Positions 38,301 to 53,300 of a DNA stretch of 64,000 nt are shown one piece after another. The stretch is from Haplodiscus bocki (Eukaryota), in NCBI GenBank assembly GCA_965655095.1, contig OZ296651.1, positions 62,186,001-62,250,000 of the forward strand, given 5' to 3'. The notes beneath the pieces are model-generated. The model did no database searches and had not been told where the DNA came from. It saw only the letters and a list, made by a program, of their open reading frames with translations. Both the position numbers and the translations under genes were made by a program. How positions within the stretch are numbered: position 1 is the stretch's first letter; each line of letters opens with the position of its first letter.

Positions 38301-41300
38301 AAAACGAAGCTTTTTTAAGAAATATAAATACAACCATGGAACAAAAATTGAAAATAACAGAAAACCATTAATTTATAATAAATCTAAATGTCTTCGCTCG
38401 TCACACCTAATTGACATGTTCTTGTTTGTTAATACGAAAGCATAATCAACATAACTACCAACGTCAGCATTACCAGTCAATGTAAAGAATACTTTCACTG
38501 TTTTTGGTGTAGAAAATTTTTTTTGATAACTTGCATCAAAATATACAATTGGTCTTTTTTCTGAAACCTGAGAATATCTTGTATCATATGGGGACATAAG
38601 ATAAGATATTATCCTTAGTTAAAGGTCCCAAACATGAAACAAATTCTCCGAAAATTTGTAAATAGTAAGTTTCTTTATAATTTCAATCTATGCCTGCATC
38701 GAGAGTTTTTCTAGTAGCAAGATTACATTGAGCACATGAGACAAGCAGTCTGGCAAAAACATCTTTTTTATGTTTTGGAGAATTCCTCCAAACAATCTTT
38801 TTGAAACGAACAGTAACAGAAAACGGAAAATCAACTGCACTTTAACGTCTCTTTCAAAATTCCCATCTGCTGTTAGTTTACGTTTTTCAAAGTACTGATT
38901 TTTCAATGTAGTGTAATGCAGTTGGCACTCTGCACACAATCTGATGCGATAATTTCCTTTGAGTTCTTTTGGGAGTACAAAAAGTGACAAAGCAAAAGAT
39001 GACTTCAATTAAAAATTTTGCCTTAGCAATAGCAGCATCTCTATTTATAGCGTCATCATCAGTTTTCCATTCCAGAGTGAACTTGTATCCTAACCCATAC
39101 GTAGCATTCTGTTCATGTTCAACAAAACCAAAAACACTTTTTGTGTTACTCTTGTCAGTTGAAACATTTACGACTTTGTTCGTTGCTACAGGATTGCCTG
39201 TTCCGGTTGATACTTTTCAATTACAGAATATTTTGGTGACAGACTATCTACTTTTCTCATGGAGAAATTGCCTGAAAGTTAAAACGAAGCTTTGTTAAGA
39301 AAAATAAATATAACCATGGAACAAAAATTGAAAATAACAGAAAACAAAAAATTTAGAATAAATCTAAATGTCTTCGCCCGTCACACCTAATTGACATGTT
39401 CTTGTTTGTTAATACGAAAGCATAAACAACATAACTACCAACGTCAGCATCACCGGTCAATGTAAAGATTACTTTCACTGTTTTTGGTGTAGAAAATTTT
39501 TTTTTGATAACTTGCATCAAAATATACAATTGGTCTTCTTTGAAACCTGAGAATATCTTGTATCATATGGGGACATAGGATAAGATATTATCTTTAGTTG
39601 AAAGTCCCAAACATGAAACAAATTCTCCAAAAATTTGTAAATAGTAAGTTTCTTTATAATTTCAATCTATGCCTGCATCGAGAGTTTTTTTAGTAGCAAG
39701 AACACATTGAGCACATGAGACAGGCAGTCTGGCAAAAACACCTTTTTTTGTTTTGGAGAATTCCTCCAAACATTCTTTTGGAAACGAACAGTAACATAAA
39801 ACGGAAAGTCAACAGCATTTTAACGTCTTTTTCAAAACTCCAATCTGCTGTTAGTTTACGTTTTTCAAAGTACTGATTTTTCAATGTAGTGTAATGCAGT
39901 TGGCGCTCTGCACACAATCTGATGCGATAAATTTCTTTGAGTTCTTTTGGGAGTACAAAAAGTGACAAAGCAAAAGATGACTTCTATTAAAAAAAATTTG
40001 CTTTGGCAGTAGCGGCATCTCTAATTATAGTGTCATCATCAGTTTTTCGTTCCAGAGTGAACTTGTATCCTAACCCATACGTAGCATTCTGTTCATGTTC
40101 AACAAAACCAAAAACACTTTTTGTGTTACTTGTCAGTTGAAATATTTACGACTTTGTTCGTTGCCAAAGGATGCCTGCTCCAGTTGACACTCCTCAATTA
40201 CAGAAAAATTTGGTGACAGACTATATATTTTTTTTAAAAAAATTGCCGGAGAAATAAAAACGAGGCTTTGTTAAGAAAAACAAATATAACCATGGAACAC
40301 AAATTGAAATTAGTAAAAAACAATAACGCTAGATGAAGTCTAAACGTCTTTGCCTGTCAAACCTTTTTGATATGTTCTTCTTTGTTAACACAAAAGGATA
40401 ATCAACATATCTACCAACGTCAGCATCACTTGTCAATGTAAAATTGACTTTCACTGTTTATGGTGTAGACACTGTTTTTTGGTAACATGCTTCAAAATAT
40501 ACAAATGGTCTATTTTCCGAAACCTGATAGCATCCTGTATTAAGTGAGGACCTTAGATATTATCTTTAGTTAAATATCTAGAACATGCACATGCAACAAC
40601 TTCTCCACAAACTTGTAAGAAACAGGCTTCGTTATAATTTCAATCTATGCCTGCATCGAGAGTTTTTCTAGTAGCAAGATTACATTGAGCACATGAGACA
40701 AGCAGTCTGGCAAAAACATCTTTTTTATGTTTTGGAGAATTCCTCCAAACAATCTTTTTGAAACGAACAGTAACAGAAAACGGAAAATCAACTGCACTTT
40801 AACGTCTCTTTCAAAATTCCCATCTGCTGTTAGTTTACGTTTTTCAAAGTACTGATTTTTCAATGTAGTGTAATGCAGTTGGCACTCTGCACACAATCTG
40901 ATGCGATAATTTCCTTTGAGTTCTTTTGGGAGTACAAAAAGTGACAAAGCAAAAGATGACTTCAATTAAAAATTTTGCCTTAGCAATAGCAGCATCTCTA
41001 TTTATAGCGTCATCATCAGTTTTCCATTCCAGAGTGAACTTGTATCCTAACCCATACGTAGCATTCTGTTCATGTTCAACAAAACCAAAAACACTTTTTG
41101 TGTTACTCTTGTCAGTTGAAACATTTACGACTTTGTTCGTTGCTACAGGATTGCCTGTTCCGGTTGATACTTTTCAATTACAGAATATTTTGGTGACAGA
41201 CTATCTACTTTTCTCATGGAGAAATTGCCTGAAAGTTAAAACGAAGCTTTTTTAAGAAATATAAATACAACCATGGAACAAAAATTGAAAATAACAGAAA

Positions 41301-41700
41301 ACCATTAATTTATAATAAATCTAAATGTCTTCGCTCGTCACACCTAATTGACATGTTCTTGTTTGTTAATACGAAAGCATAATCAACATAACTACCAACG
41401 TCAGCATTACCAGTCAATGTAAAGAATACTTTCACTGTTTTTGGTGTAGAAAATTTTTTTTGATAACTTGCATCAAAATATACAATTGGTCTTTTTTCTG
41501 AAACCTGAGAATATCTTGTATCATATGGGGACATAAGATAAGATATTATCCTTAGTTAAAGGTCCCAAACATGAAACAAATTCTCCGAAAATTTGTAAAT
41601 AGTAAGTTTCTTTATAATTTCAATCTATGCCTGCATCGAGAGTTTTTTTAGTAGCAAGAATACATTGAGCACATGAGACAGGCAGTCTGGCAAAAACATC
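29370..41700. repeat. Homogenised monomeric core of the array
   Basis: Adjacent ~980-bp monomers are highly similar (e.g. ORFs 32492/33474 and 35434/36415). One divergent half-unit is embedded at ~40160-40635. Confidence 0.85.
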
Positions 41701-44526
41701 TTTTTTATTTCTGCATTTTTCGTGCAAAATCTCTCCTGGAAACCAAGCATGATATAAAACGGAAAACCAATCTCGTTTGTAACGCCTTATTCGAACTTCC
41801 AATCAATTCGTGAGTGTACATGTTTTGAAAAACAGCTTTTCCAATGTAATGTAATTCATTTGGTTCTCTGGATACAATATTATCCGATAAAATTCTTTGA
41901 GTTCAAAAGGCGTATAAAAAGGGAGAAAGCAAAAGATAACTTTCATTAAAGTTTTTGCCCTAGAAGTGGCCGCAACTCTATTAATTGCATCAGTATCAGT
42001 ACTTCGATCCAGGGTAAACTTGTATCCTTACCCCATATGTATCGTTCTGCTCATTTTCATCAAAACCAAAAACACCTTTTTATAAAAGTTGTCAGTTGAA
42101 ACTTTTATGATTTTTTTCGTTGCTAAAGGATTGATTGCTACGGATGATACTTATCAATTACAGAAAAATTTGGTGACACACTATCTACTTTTCTTCTAAA
42201 GAAACTGCCCGAAAACTAAAAGGAAGCTTTGTTAAGAAAAACAAATATAACCATAGAACAAAATTTGAAAACAACTAAAAACAAAAAAAAAGATAGAGTC
42301 TAAATGTCTTTGCCCGTCACACCTAATTGATATGTTCCTAAATGTTATTACAAAAAGATAATCAACATAACTACCAACGTCAGCATCACTTGTCAATGTA
42401 AAATTGACTTTCACTGTTCATGGTGTAGAAACTGTTTTTTGGTAATATGCATCAAAACATACAACTGGTCTTTTTTCCGAAACTTGGTAGCATCCTGTGT
42501 TATGTGAGGACACTAGGTATTATTTTTAGTTAAATGTCTAGAACATGCACATGAAACAACTTCTCCACAAACTTGTGAAAAAAAATTTCGTTTTAATTTC
42601 AATCTTAACCTGCATCGACAATTTTTTTAGTAGCAAGAATACATTGAGCACATGAGACAAGCAGTCTGGCAAAAACATCTTTTTTATGTTTTGGAGAACT
42701 ATTGAGGACCTTAGACTTTTTCTTCAGTTAAATGTGTTGAACATGCAACAAAGTTTCCACAACCTTGTGATTGATCATATCATTCTAGTTTAAATTTATG
42801 CCCACGTTGGTATTTTTTAGCTAGTAAGATGTTTTTGAGCACACGAGACAGGCAGGCGAACAAAAACATCATTTCTATGTTCTGGATTCTTCCTGCGAAC
42901 TCTCTCTTGGAAACCGAGCATTACAAAAAACGGAAAATCAATTTCATTTGTAACGCCTTATTCAAAATTCCGATCAAATCGTTAGTGTACAAGTTTCGAA
43001 AAACAGAAGTTCGAATGTAGTGTAATTGAGATGTTGAGCTGGATACAGTAATTTCTGATAGGAATTTTTCGGTTCCATTTAGAGTATAAAAAAGGACAAA
43101 GCATAAGATTACTTTTGTTAAAAGTTTTGCATTAGCAATGACAGCAACTCTATTTATTGCGTCATTATCAGTATATCAATCCAGAGTTAACGTGTATCCT
43201 AACCCAGATGTAGCATTCTGTTCATGTTAATCGAAACCAATACCACTTTCTATATAGGTTGTCAATTGAAACATTTCCGATTTTGTTCGTTGCTAAAGGA
43301 TTGCCTGCTCCAGTTGATACTGCTCAATCACAGAAAACTTTGATGACAGACTTTCTACTTATCATATAAAGAAACTGCCTGAAATTTAAAACGAAATTTT
43401 GCTAAGAACAACAAAAACCACCAGGAAACAAAAATCGAAAGTAACAAAAAACATTCAAGTTGGATAAAGTCCAAATGTCTTTGCCTGTCACAGCTAATTG
43501 TTATTTTCGTCTTGGTTAATACGAAAGCATAATCAACATAACTACCAACGTCAGCAACAACTGTCAATGTAAAATCGCCTTTCACTGTTTATGGTGCAGA
43601 AACTTTTTTTGGTAACATTCATCAAAACATAAAAATTGTCTTTTTTCCGAAACCTGAAAACATCTTGTATTACGTGAGGACATTAGACATTATCTTTAGT
43701 TAAAATTGTAGAACATGCAACAAATTTCCCACAACCATGGGATTGATCATATCATTCTAATTTAGAATTATGCCCAAGTTGGCATTTTTTAAGTAGTAAG
43801 AATATTTTGAGCACATGAGACAGGCAGGCGAAGAAAAACATGTTTTCCATGTTCTGGATTTTTCCTGCAAACTCTCTCTTGGAAACCAAGCATTACAAAA
43901 AACGGAAAACCAATTTCATTTGTAACGCCTTATTCAAAATTCCGATCAATTCGTTAGCGTACAAGTTTCGAAAAACAGATCTCCGAATGTAGTGTAATTC
44001 AGATGTTGCTCTGGATACAGTATTTTCCAATAGGAATGTTTCGGTTCCATTTAGAGTAGAAAAAGGGACAAAGCATAAGATTACTTTTAATAAAAAGTTT
44101 GCATTAGCAATGACAGCAACTCTATTTATTGCGTTATTATCAGTATATCAATCCAGAGTTAATGTGTATCCTAACCCATATGTAGCATTCTGTTCATATT
44201 AATCGAAACCAATAACACTTTCTATTTAAGTTATCTGTTGAAACCTTTCCGATTTTGTTCGCTGCCAAAGGACTGCCTGCTCCAGTTGACACTCCTCAAT
44301 TACAGAAAAATTTGGAGACAGGCTATCTATTTTTTATAAAGAAATTGCCTGAAAGTTAAAACGAAGCTTGGTTAAGAAAAACAAATATAACCAAGGAACA
44401 AAAATTGAAAATAACAAAAAACAATAAAGTTAGATAAGGTCTAAATTTTTTTGTCCGTCACACCTATTTGATATGTACTTTATTGCTAATGCAAAAATAT
44501 TCAACATAACTACCAACGTCAGCATC

Positions 44527-47500
44527 ACCAGCGAGAATACAAATTACTTTTAGTGTTCTTGGTGTGGAAACTTTTTTTGGTAACTTGCATCTAAACATAA
44601 ATTTGGTGTCTTTCTGGAACCTGAAAACATCTTGTGTTATATGAGGACACAAATTTTTATCTTTAGTTAAATGTCTAGAACATGGAACAACTTTTCCACA
44701 ACTTTATCAAATTCCTTAACAAAAAAATTTATCTTTATGCCAGCACCGGTGTTCTTTCAATAGTAGGAAAACTTTGAGCACATGTGACAGGCATTCTGGC
44801 AAAAATTTCTTTTCTATGTTCTGGATTATTACTCCAAACCTTCTCCTGGAAATCAGACGTAACATAAACTGGAAATTCAAGTTCATTTTACAAGTCTTAA
44901 TCAAAGTTCCAGCCAATTTGTTAGTTTACATCGTTCCGAAGGACAGATCTTTCAATGTACTCTATATCACATGTTGCTCTGGATGCAATAATTTCCAATA
45001 GGATTTTTTCAGTTCCATTTAGAGTATAAAAAAGGATAAAGCAAAAGGTTACTTTCAACGATATTTATGCCCTATCAGTGGCAGCAACTTTATTTCTTGT
45101 GTCATTATCAGTATTTGGCTTCTGAGTTATTTTGTATGCTAACCAGATGAAGCATTCTCTTCATGTACAGCAAAACCAAAAACACTTTTTTTATAAGTTG
45201 TTAGCTGAAACTTTTCCGACTTTGTTCGTTGCTAAAGGATTGCCTGCTCCAGTTGACAATTCTCAATTACAGAAAAAATTGGTGACAGATTATCTACAAT
45301 TCGTATAAAGAAATTGCTCCAAAACTAAAACGAAGCTTTGTTAGGAAAAACAAATATAACCAGGCAACAAAAATTGAAAATAACGAAAACAATAAAGTTA
45401 GATAAAGTCTAAATGTTTTTGCCCGTCACACCGATTTGATTTTTTCCTAATTGTTAATGCAAGAAGATAATTAACATAACTACCACCGTCAGCATCACCT
45501 GTCAAAATACAAGTTACTTTCACTGTTCTTGGTGTGGAAACTTTTTTTGTAACATGCATCTGAACACACAAATGGTGTTTTTTCTGGAACCTGAAAACAT
45601 CTTGTATTACGTGAGGACAATAGACGATATCTTTAGTTAAATTTGTAGAACATGCAACAATTTTCCCACAACCATGTGATTGATCATATCATTCTAATTT
45701 AAATTTATGCCCAAGTTGGCAATTTTTAAGTAGTAAGAATATTTTGAGCACATGAGACAGGCAGGCGAACAAAAACATGCTTTCTATGTTCTGGATTTTT
45801 CCTGCAAAATCTCTCTTGGAAACCAAGCATTACAAAAAATGGAAAACCAATTTCATTTGTAACGCCTTATTCAAAATTCCGATCAATTCGTTAGTGTACA
45901 AGTTTCGAAAAACAGAACATCGAATGTAGTGAAATTGAGATGTTGCTCCGGATACAGTATTTTCTGATAGGGTTTTTTGGTTCCATTTAGAGTATAAAAA
46001 ATGACAAAGCATAAGATTACTTTCTTCAAATTTTTTGCATTAGCAATGGCAGCAACTCTATTTATTGCGTCAATTATCAGTATATCAATCCAGAGTTAAC
46101 GTGTATCCTAACCCATATGTAGCATTCTGTTCATGTTAATCGAAACCAATACCACTTTCTATATAAATTGTCAATTGAAACCTTTCCGATTTTGTTCGTT
46201 GCCAAAAGATTGCTTGCTTCAGTTGACATTTCTCAATTACAGAAAAATTTGGTCACAGACTATCTACTTTTCTCATAAAGAAATTGCCTGAAAGTCAAGA
46301 CTAGTCTTTGTTAAGAAAGACAAATATAACCATGAAACAAAAATTGAAAACAACGAAAAACAAAAAAGTTAGATAAGTCTAAATGTCTTTGCCCGTCACA
46401 CCTATTTAATATGACTTAATTGTTAATACAAAAAGAAAGTCAACACAACTACAAACGTCAGCATCACTTGTCAAGGTTAAAAATACTTTCACTTTTTATG
46501 GTGTAGAATCTTTTTTGGTAAGGCGCATCAAAACATACAATTGGCCTTTCTTCTGAAACCTGAAAACATCTTATATCATATGGGGACATAAGGTAGGGTA
46601 TTATCTTTAGTTAAAGGTCTCAAACATGAAACAAATTCTCAACAACCTTGTAAAGGATAAGTATCAATATAATTTCAATCTATGCTTGCATCGAGAATTT
46701 TTTATGTGGCAAGCATTCATTGAGCTCATGAGACAGGCAGTCTGGCAAAAACATCATTTTTTTGTTTTGGAGAAATCTTCTAAATTTTCTTTTGGAAACG
46801 AATAGTAACTTAAAACGGAAAGTCAACAGCATTTTAACGTCTTTTTCAAAATTCCAATCTGCTGTTAGTTTACGTTTTTCAAAATACTGATTTTTCAATG
46901 TAGTGTAATGCAGTTGGCGCTCTGCGCACAATCTGATGCGATAATTTTCTTTGAGTTCTCTTAGGAGTACAAAAAAGACAAAGCAAAAGATGACCTCTAT
47001 TAAAAAAAACTTGCTTTGGGAGTAGCAGCATCTCTATTTATAGCGTCATCATCAGTTTTTCGTTCCAGAGTGAACTTGTATCCTAACCCATACGTAGCAT
47101 TCTGTTCAAGTTCAACAAAACCAAAAACACTTTTTGTGTTACTTGTCAGTTGCAACCTTTCCGATTTTGTTCGTTGCCAAAGGATTGCCTGCTCCAGTTG
47201 ATACTTCTCAATTACAGAGAAATTTGGAGACAGACTATCTACTTTTTCATAAGAAATTGCCTGAAAGTTAAAACGAAGCTTGGTTAAGAAAGACAAATAT
47301 AACCAAGGAATAAAAATTGAAAATAACAAAAAAAAACAAAAAAATTAGATGAAGATCAATTGTCTTTGCCCCTCACACCTATTTGATATGTTCTTAATTA
47401 TTAATACAAAAGGATATTCAACATAACTACCAACGTCAGCAACACCAGCGAGAATACAAATTACTTTTAGTGTTCTTGGTGTGGAAACTTTTTTTGGTAA

Positions 47501-50360
47501 CTTGCATCTAAACATAAATTTGGTGTCTTTCTGGAACCTGAAAACATCTTGTGTTATATGAGGACACAAATTTTTATCTTTAGTTAAATGTCTAGAACAT
47601 GGAACAACTTTTCCACAACTTTATCAAATTCCTTAACAAAAAAATTTATCTTTATGCCAGCACCGGTGTTCTTTCAATAGTAGGAAAACTTTGAGCACAT
47701 GTGACAGGCATTCTGGCAAAAATTTCTTTTCTATGTTCTGGATTATTACTCCAAACCTTCTCCTGGAAATCAGACGTAACATAAACTGGAAATTCAAGTT
47801 CATTTTACAAGTCTTAATCAAAGTTCCAGCCAATTTGTTAGTTTACATCGTTCCGAAGGACAGATCTTTCAATGTACTCTATATCACATGTTGCTCTGGA
47901 TGCAATAATTTCCAATAGGATTTTTTCAGTTCCATTTAGAGTATAAAAAAGGATAAAGCAAAAGGTTACTTTCAACGATATTTATGCCCTATCAGTGGCA
48001 GCAACTTTATTTCTTGTGTCATTATCAGTATTTGGCTTCTGAGTTATTTTGTATGCTAACCAGATGAAGCATTCTCTTCATGTACAGCAAAACCAAAAAC
48101 ACTTTTTTTATAAGTTGTTAGCTGAAACTTTTCCGACTTTGTTCGTTGCTAAAGGATTGCCTGCTCCAGTTGACAATTCTCAATTACAGAAAAAATTGGT
48201 GACAGATTATCTACAATTCGTATAAAGAAATTGCTCCAAAACTAAAACGAAGCTTTGTTAGGAAAAACAAATATAACCAGGCAACAAAAATTGAAAATAA
48301 CGAAAACAATAAAGTTAGATAAAGTCTAAATGTTTTTGCCCGTCACACCGATTTGATTTTTTCCTAATTGTTAATGCAAGAAGATAATTAACATAACTAC
48401 CACCGTCAGCATCACCTGTCAAAATACAAGTTACTTTCACTGTTCTTGGTGTGGAAACTTTTTTTGTAACATGCATCTGAACACACAAATGGTGTTTTTT
48501 CTGGAACCTGAAAACATCTTGTATTACGTGAGGACAATAGACGATATCTTTAGTTAAATTTGTAGAACATGCAACAATTTTCCCACAACCATGTGATTGA
48601 TCATATCATTCTAATTTAAATTTATGCCCAAGTTGGCAATTTTTAAGTAGTAAGAATATTTTGAGCACATGAGACAGGCAGGCGAACAAAAACATGCTTT
48701 CTATGTTCTGGATTTTTCCTGCAAAATCTCTCTTGGAAACCAAGCATTACAAAAAATGGAAAACCAATTTCATTTGTAACGCCTTATTCAAAATTCCGAT
48801 CAATTCGTTAGTGTACAAGTTTCGAAAAACAGAACATCGAATGTAGTGAAATTGAGATGTTGCTCCGGATACAGTATTTTCTGATAGGGTTTTTTGGTTC
48901 CATTTAGAGTATAAAAAATGACAAAGCATAAGATTACTTTCTTCAAATTTTTTGCATTAGCAATGGCAGCAACTCTATTTATTGCGTCAATTATCAGTAT
49001 ATCAATCCAGAGTTAACGTGTATCCTAACCCATATGTAGCATTCTGTTCATGTTAATCGAAACCAATACCACTTTCTATATAAATTGTCAATTGAAACCT
49101 TTCCGATTTTGTTCGTTGCCAAAAGATTGCTTGCTTCAGTTGACATTTCTCAATTACAGAAAAATTTGGTCACAGACTATCTACTTTTCTCATAAAGAAA
49201 TTGCCTGAAAGTCAAGACTAGTCTTTGTTAAGAAAGACAAATATAACCATGAAACAAAAATTGAAAACAACGAAAAACAAAAAAGTTAGATAAGTCTAAA
49301 TGTCTTTGCCCGTCACACCTATTTAATATGACTTAATTGTTAATACAAAAAGAAAGTCAACACAACTACAAACGTCAGCATCACTTGTCAAGGTTAAAAA
49401 TACTTTCACTTTTTATGGTGTAGAATCTTTTTTGGTAAGGCGCATCAAAACATACAATTGGCCTTTCTTCTGAAACCTGAAAACATCTTATATCATATGG
49501 GGACATAAGGTAGGGTATTATCTTTAGTTAAAGGTCTCAAACATGAAACAAATTCTCAACAACCTTGTAAAGGATAAGTATCAATATAATTTCAATCTAT
49601 GCTTGCATCGAGAATTTTTTATGTGGCAAGCATTCATTGAGCTCATGAGACAGGCAGTCTGGCAAAAACATCATTTTTTTGTTTTGGAGAAATCTTCTAA
49701 ATTTTCTTTTGGAAACGAATAGTAACTTAAAACGGAAAGTCAACAGCATTTTAACGTCTTTTTCAAAATTCCAATCTGCTGTTAGTTTACGTTTTTCAAA
49801 ATACTGATTTTTCAATGTAGTGTAATGCAGTTGGCGCTCTGCGCACAATCTGATGCGATAATTTTCTTTGAGTTCTCTTAGGAGTACAAAAAAGACAAAG
49901 CAAAAGATGACCTCTATTAAAAAAACTTGCTTTGGGAGTAGCAGCATCTCTATTTATAGCGTCATCATCAGTTTTTCGTTCCAGAGTGAACTTGTATCCT
50001 AACCCATACGTAGCATTCTGTTCAAGTTCAACAAAACCAAAAACACTTTTTGTGTTACTTGTCAGTTGCAACCTTTCCGATTTTGTTCGTTGCCAAAGGA
50101 TTGCCTGCTCCAGTTGATACTTCTCAATTACAGAGAAATTTGGAGACAGACTATCTACTTTTTCATAAGAAATTGCCTGAAAGTTAAAACGAAGCTTGGT
50201 TAAGAAAGACAAATATAACCAAGGAATAAAAATTGAAAATAACAAAAAAAAAACAAAAAAATTAGATGAAGATCAATTGTCTTTGCCCCTCACACCTATT
50301 TGATATGTTCTTAATTATTAATACAAAAGGATATTCAACATAACTACCAACGTCAGCAAC
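44527..50360. repeat. Higher-order repeat 2: near-identical tandem duplication of a different trimer (~2,917 bp)
   Basis: ORF pairs are offset by 2917: 44716/47633, 44774/47691, 45830/48747 and 46680/49597. Confidence 0.95.
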
Positions 50361-53300
50361 ACCTGTCAATGGAAAAAATTACTTTCACTGTTTATGGTGC
50401 AGAAACTTTTTTTGGTAACATTCATCAAAACGTACAAATTGTCTTTTTTCCGAAACCTGAAAACATCTTGTATTACGTGAGGACATTAGACATTATCTTT
50501 AGTTAAATTTGTAGAACATGCATCAAATTTCCCACAACCATGTGATTGATCATATCATTCTAATTTAAATTTATGCCCAAGTTGGCATTTTTTAAGTAGT
50601 AAGAATATTTTGAGCACATGAGAGAGGCAGTCTGGCAAAAACATCTTTTTTATGTTTTGGAGAACTCGTGAGGTCATTAGACTTTTTCTTCAGTTAAATG
50701 TGTAGAACATGCAACAAACTTTCCACAACCTTGTGACTGATCATATCATTCTAGTTTAAATTTATGCCCATGTTGGTATTTTTTAGCTATTAAGGTTTTT
50801 TTGAGTACATGAGACAGGCAGGCGAACAAAAACATCCTTTCTGTGTTCTGGATTTTTCCTGCGAACTCTATCTTGGAAACCAAGGATTACAAAAAACGGA
50901 AAATCAATTTCATTGGTAACGCCTTATTCAAAATTCCGATCAATTCGTTAGTGTACAAGTTTCGAAAACCAGAACTTCGAATGTAGTGTAATTGAGATGT
51001 TGCTCTGGATACAGTGTTTTCCAATAGGATTTTTTTTGTTCCATTTAGAGTACAAAAAGTGACAAAGCATAAGATTACTTTCTTTAATTTTTTTGCATTA
51101 GCATTTGCAGCAACTCTATTTATTGCGTCATTATCAGTATATCAATCCAGACTTAACGTGTATCTTAACCCACATGTAGCATTCTGTTCATGTTAATCGA
51201 AACCAATACCACTTTCTATATAATTTGTCCATTGAAACCTTTCCGATTTTGTTCGTTGCCAAAGGATTGCTTGCTTCAGTTGACATTTCTCAATTACAGA
51301 AAACATTGGTGACAGACTATCTACTTTTCTCATAAAGAAAGTGCCTGAAAGTTAAAACTAGTCTTTGTTAAGAAAGACAAATATAACTATGGAACAAAAA
51401 TTGAAAACATCAAAAAACAACAAAGTTAGATAAGTCTAAATGTCTTTGCCCGTCACACCCATTTGATATGACTTAATTGTTAATACAAAAAGAAAGTCAA
51501 CATAACTACCAACGTCAGCATCACTTGTCAAGGTAAAAAATACTTTCACTTTTTTTGGTGTAGAATGTTTTTTGGTAAGGCGCATCAAAACACACAACTG
51601 GTCTTTTTTCTTACACCTGAAATCGTTTTCTATTATGTGGGGACATAAGATATGATTTTTTGTTTGGTGAAAGGTCTCAAACATGAAACAAATTCTCCAC
51701 AACCTTGTAAATGATAAGTATCATTATAATTTCGATCAATGCCCGCATCGAGATTTCCCTAAGTACCAAGAATACATTGAGGACATGAGACACGCAGTCT
51801 GGCCAAAACATTTTGTTTATGTTTTGGATATTTCTTCCAAACTTTCTCCTGGAAATCAAAAACAACATAAAATGGAAAGTCAATTTCATTTTAAGCGCCT
51901 GATTCAATTTCGAAATGACTATTTTAGTTCACATGTTTTCAAAACACAGATTTTTCACTCTAGTAATATCCAGTTGTCGCTCTGGATACAATCTGATCCG
52001 ATAATTTTCTTTGAGTTTTCTTGGGAGTATAAAAAGTGACAAAGCAAAAAAAAAAACTTTCAATAAAAATTTTCCTTGGCATTAACAGCAACTCGATTCA
52101 ATGCGTCATTATCAGTGTTTCGTTTCAGAGTTAACTTGTATTCCTACCCAAATGTAGCAATCTATTCTGGTTCATCCGAACCAAAAACACTTTTTATATA
52201 AGTTGTCAGTTGAAACCTTTCCTATCTTGTTCGTTGCCAAATAATTGCCCACTCCAGTTGATACTTCTCAGTTACAGAAACTTTTGATGACAGGCTATTT
52301 ACCTATTTTATGAAAAAACTGCCTGGAAGTTAAAACCAAGCTTTGTAAAGAAAAACAAGTAAACTATGGAACAAGAATTGAAAGTAACCAAATCAATAAA
52401 GTTAGATGAAATCTAAATGTATTTGCCTGTCACAGCTAATTGATGTGTCCTTATTTGTTAATACGAAAGCTTATTCAACATAACTACCAACGCCAGCATC
52501 ACCCGTCAGTGGAAAACTTACTTTCACTCTTTATGGTGTAGAATCTTTTTTGGTGAGGCACATCAAAACATAGAAATGGTCTTTCTTCTGAAACCTGAAA
52601 ACATCTTGTATTATATGGGGACACAAGATAGGGTATCATCTTTAGTTAAAGGTCTCAAAAAAGAAACAAATTCTCCACAACCTTGTAGATGATAAGTATC
52701 AATATAATTTCAATCTATGCTTGCATCGAGAATTTTTTAAGTAGCAAGGATACTTTGAGCACATGAGACAGGCAGTCTGGCCAAAACATCTTTTTTATGT
52801 TTTGGATTATTCCTCCAAACTTTCGCTTGGAAACGAGCAATAACCCTCTCCTGGATCCCAATATCTCTAATCCTCTCCTCGAAACCAAAAACAACATAAA
52901 ACGGAAAGTCAATTTCCTTTAATCGCCCTATTCAATTTTCTAAACTTATACTTAGTTTACATCTTTTCGAAAAACAGAATCTTCATTGTATTCTAATTCA
53001 GATGCTGTTCCAGATACAATATTTTCCAAAAAAAATCTTTGAGTTCCTTCAGGATTAAAAAGAGGGACAAAGCAAAAGATATTTTTCATCGTATTTTTTG
53101 CATTAGCAGTGGCAGCAACTCTTTTTATAGCGCTGTTATCAGTGTTTGCTTCCAGAGTTAACGTGTATGCTAACCCATTTGTAGCGTTCTTTTCATCATC
53201 AGGAAAAACAGAAACACCTATTATATATATTCACATTTGAAACAATTCCAATGTTGTTCGTTGACAAAAGATTGCCTGCTCCAGGTGATGCTTCTCAGTT

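Noticed and set aside
23590-50360. Whole array as an assembly artefact
   Set aside because: Monomers differ by many substitutions and indels and fall into distinct types. The two trimer duplications are nearly identical (HOR1 has a few substitutions; in HOR2 I saw only homopolymer differences), so those two still need read confirmation.
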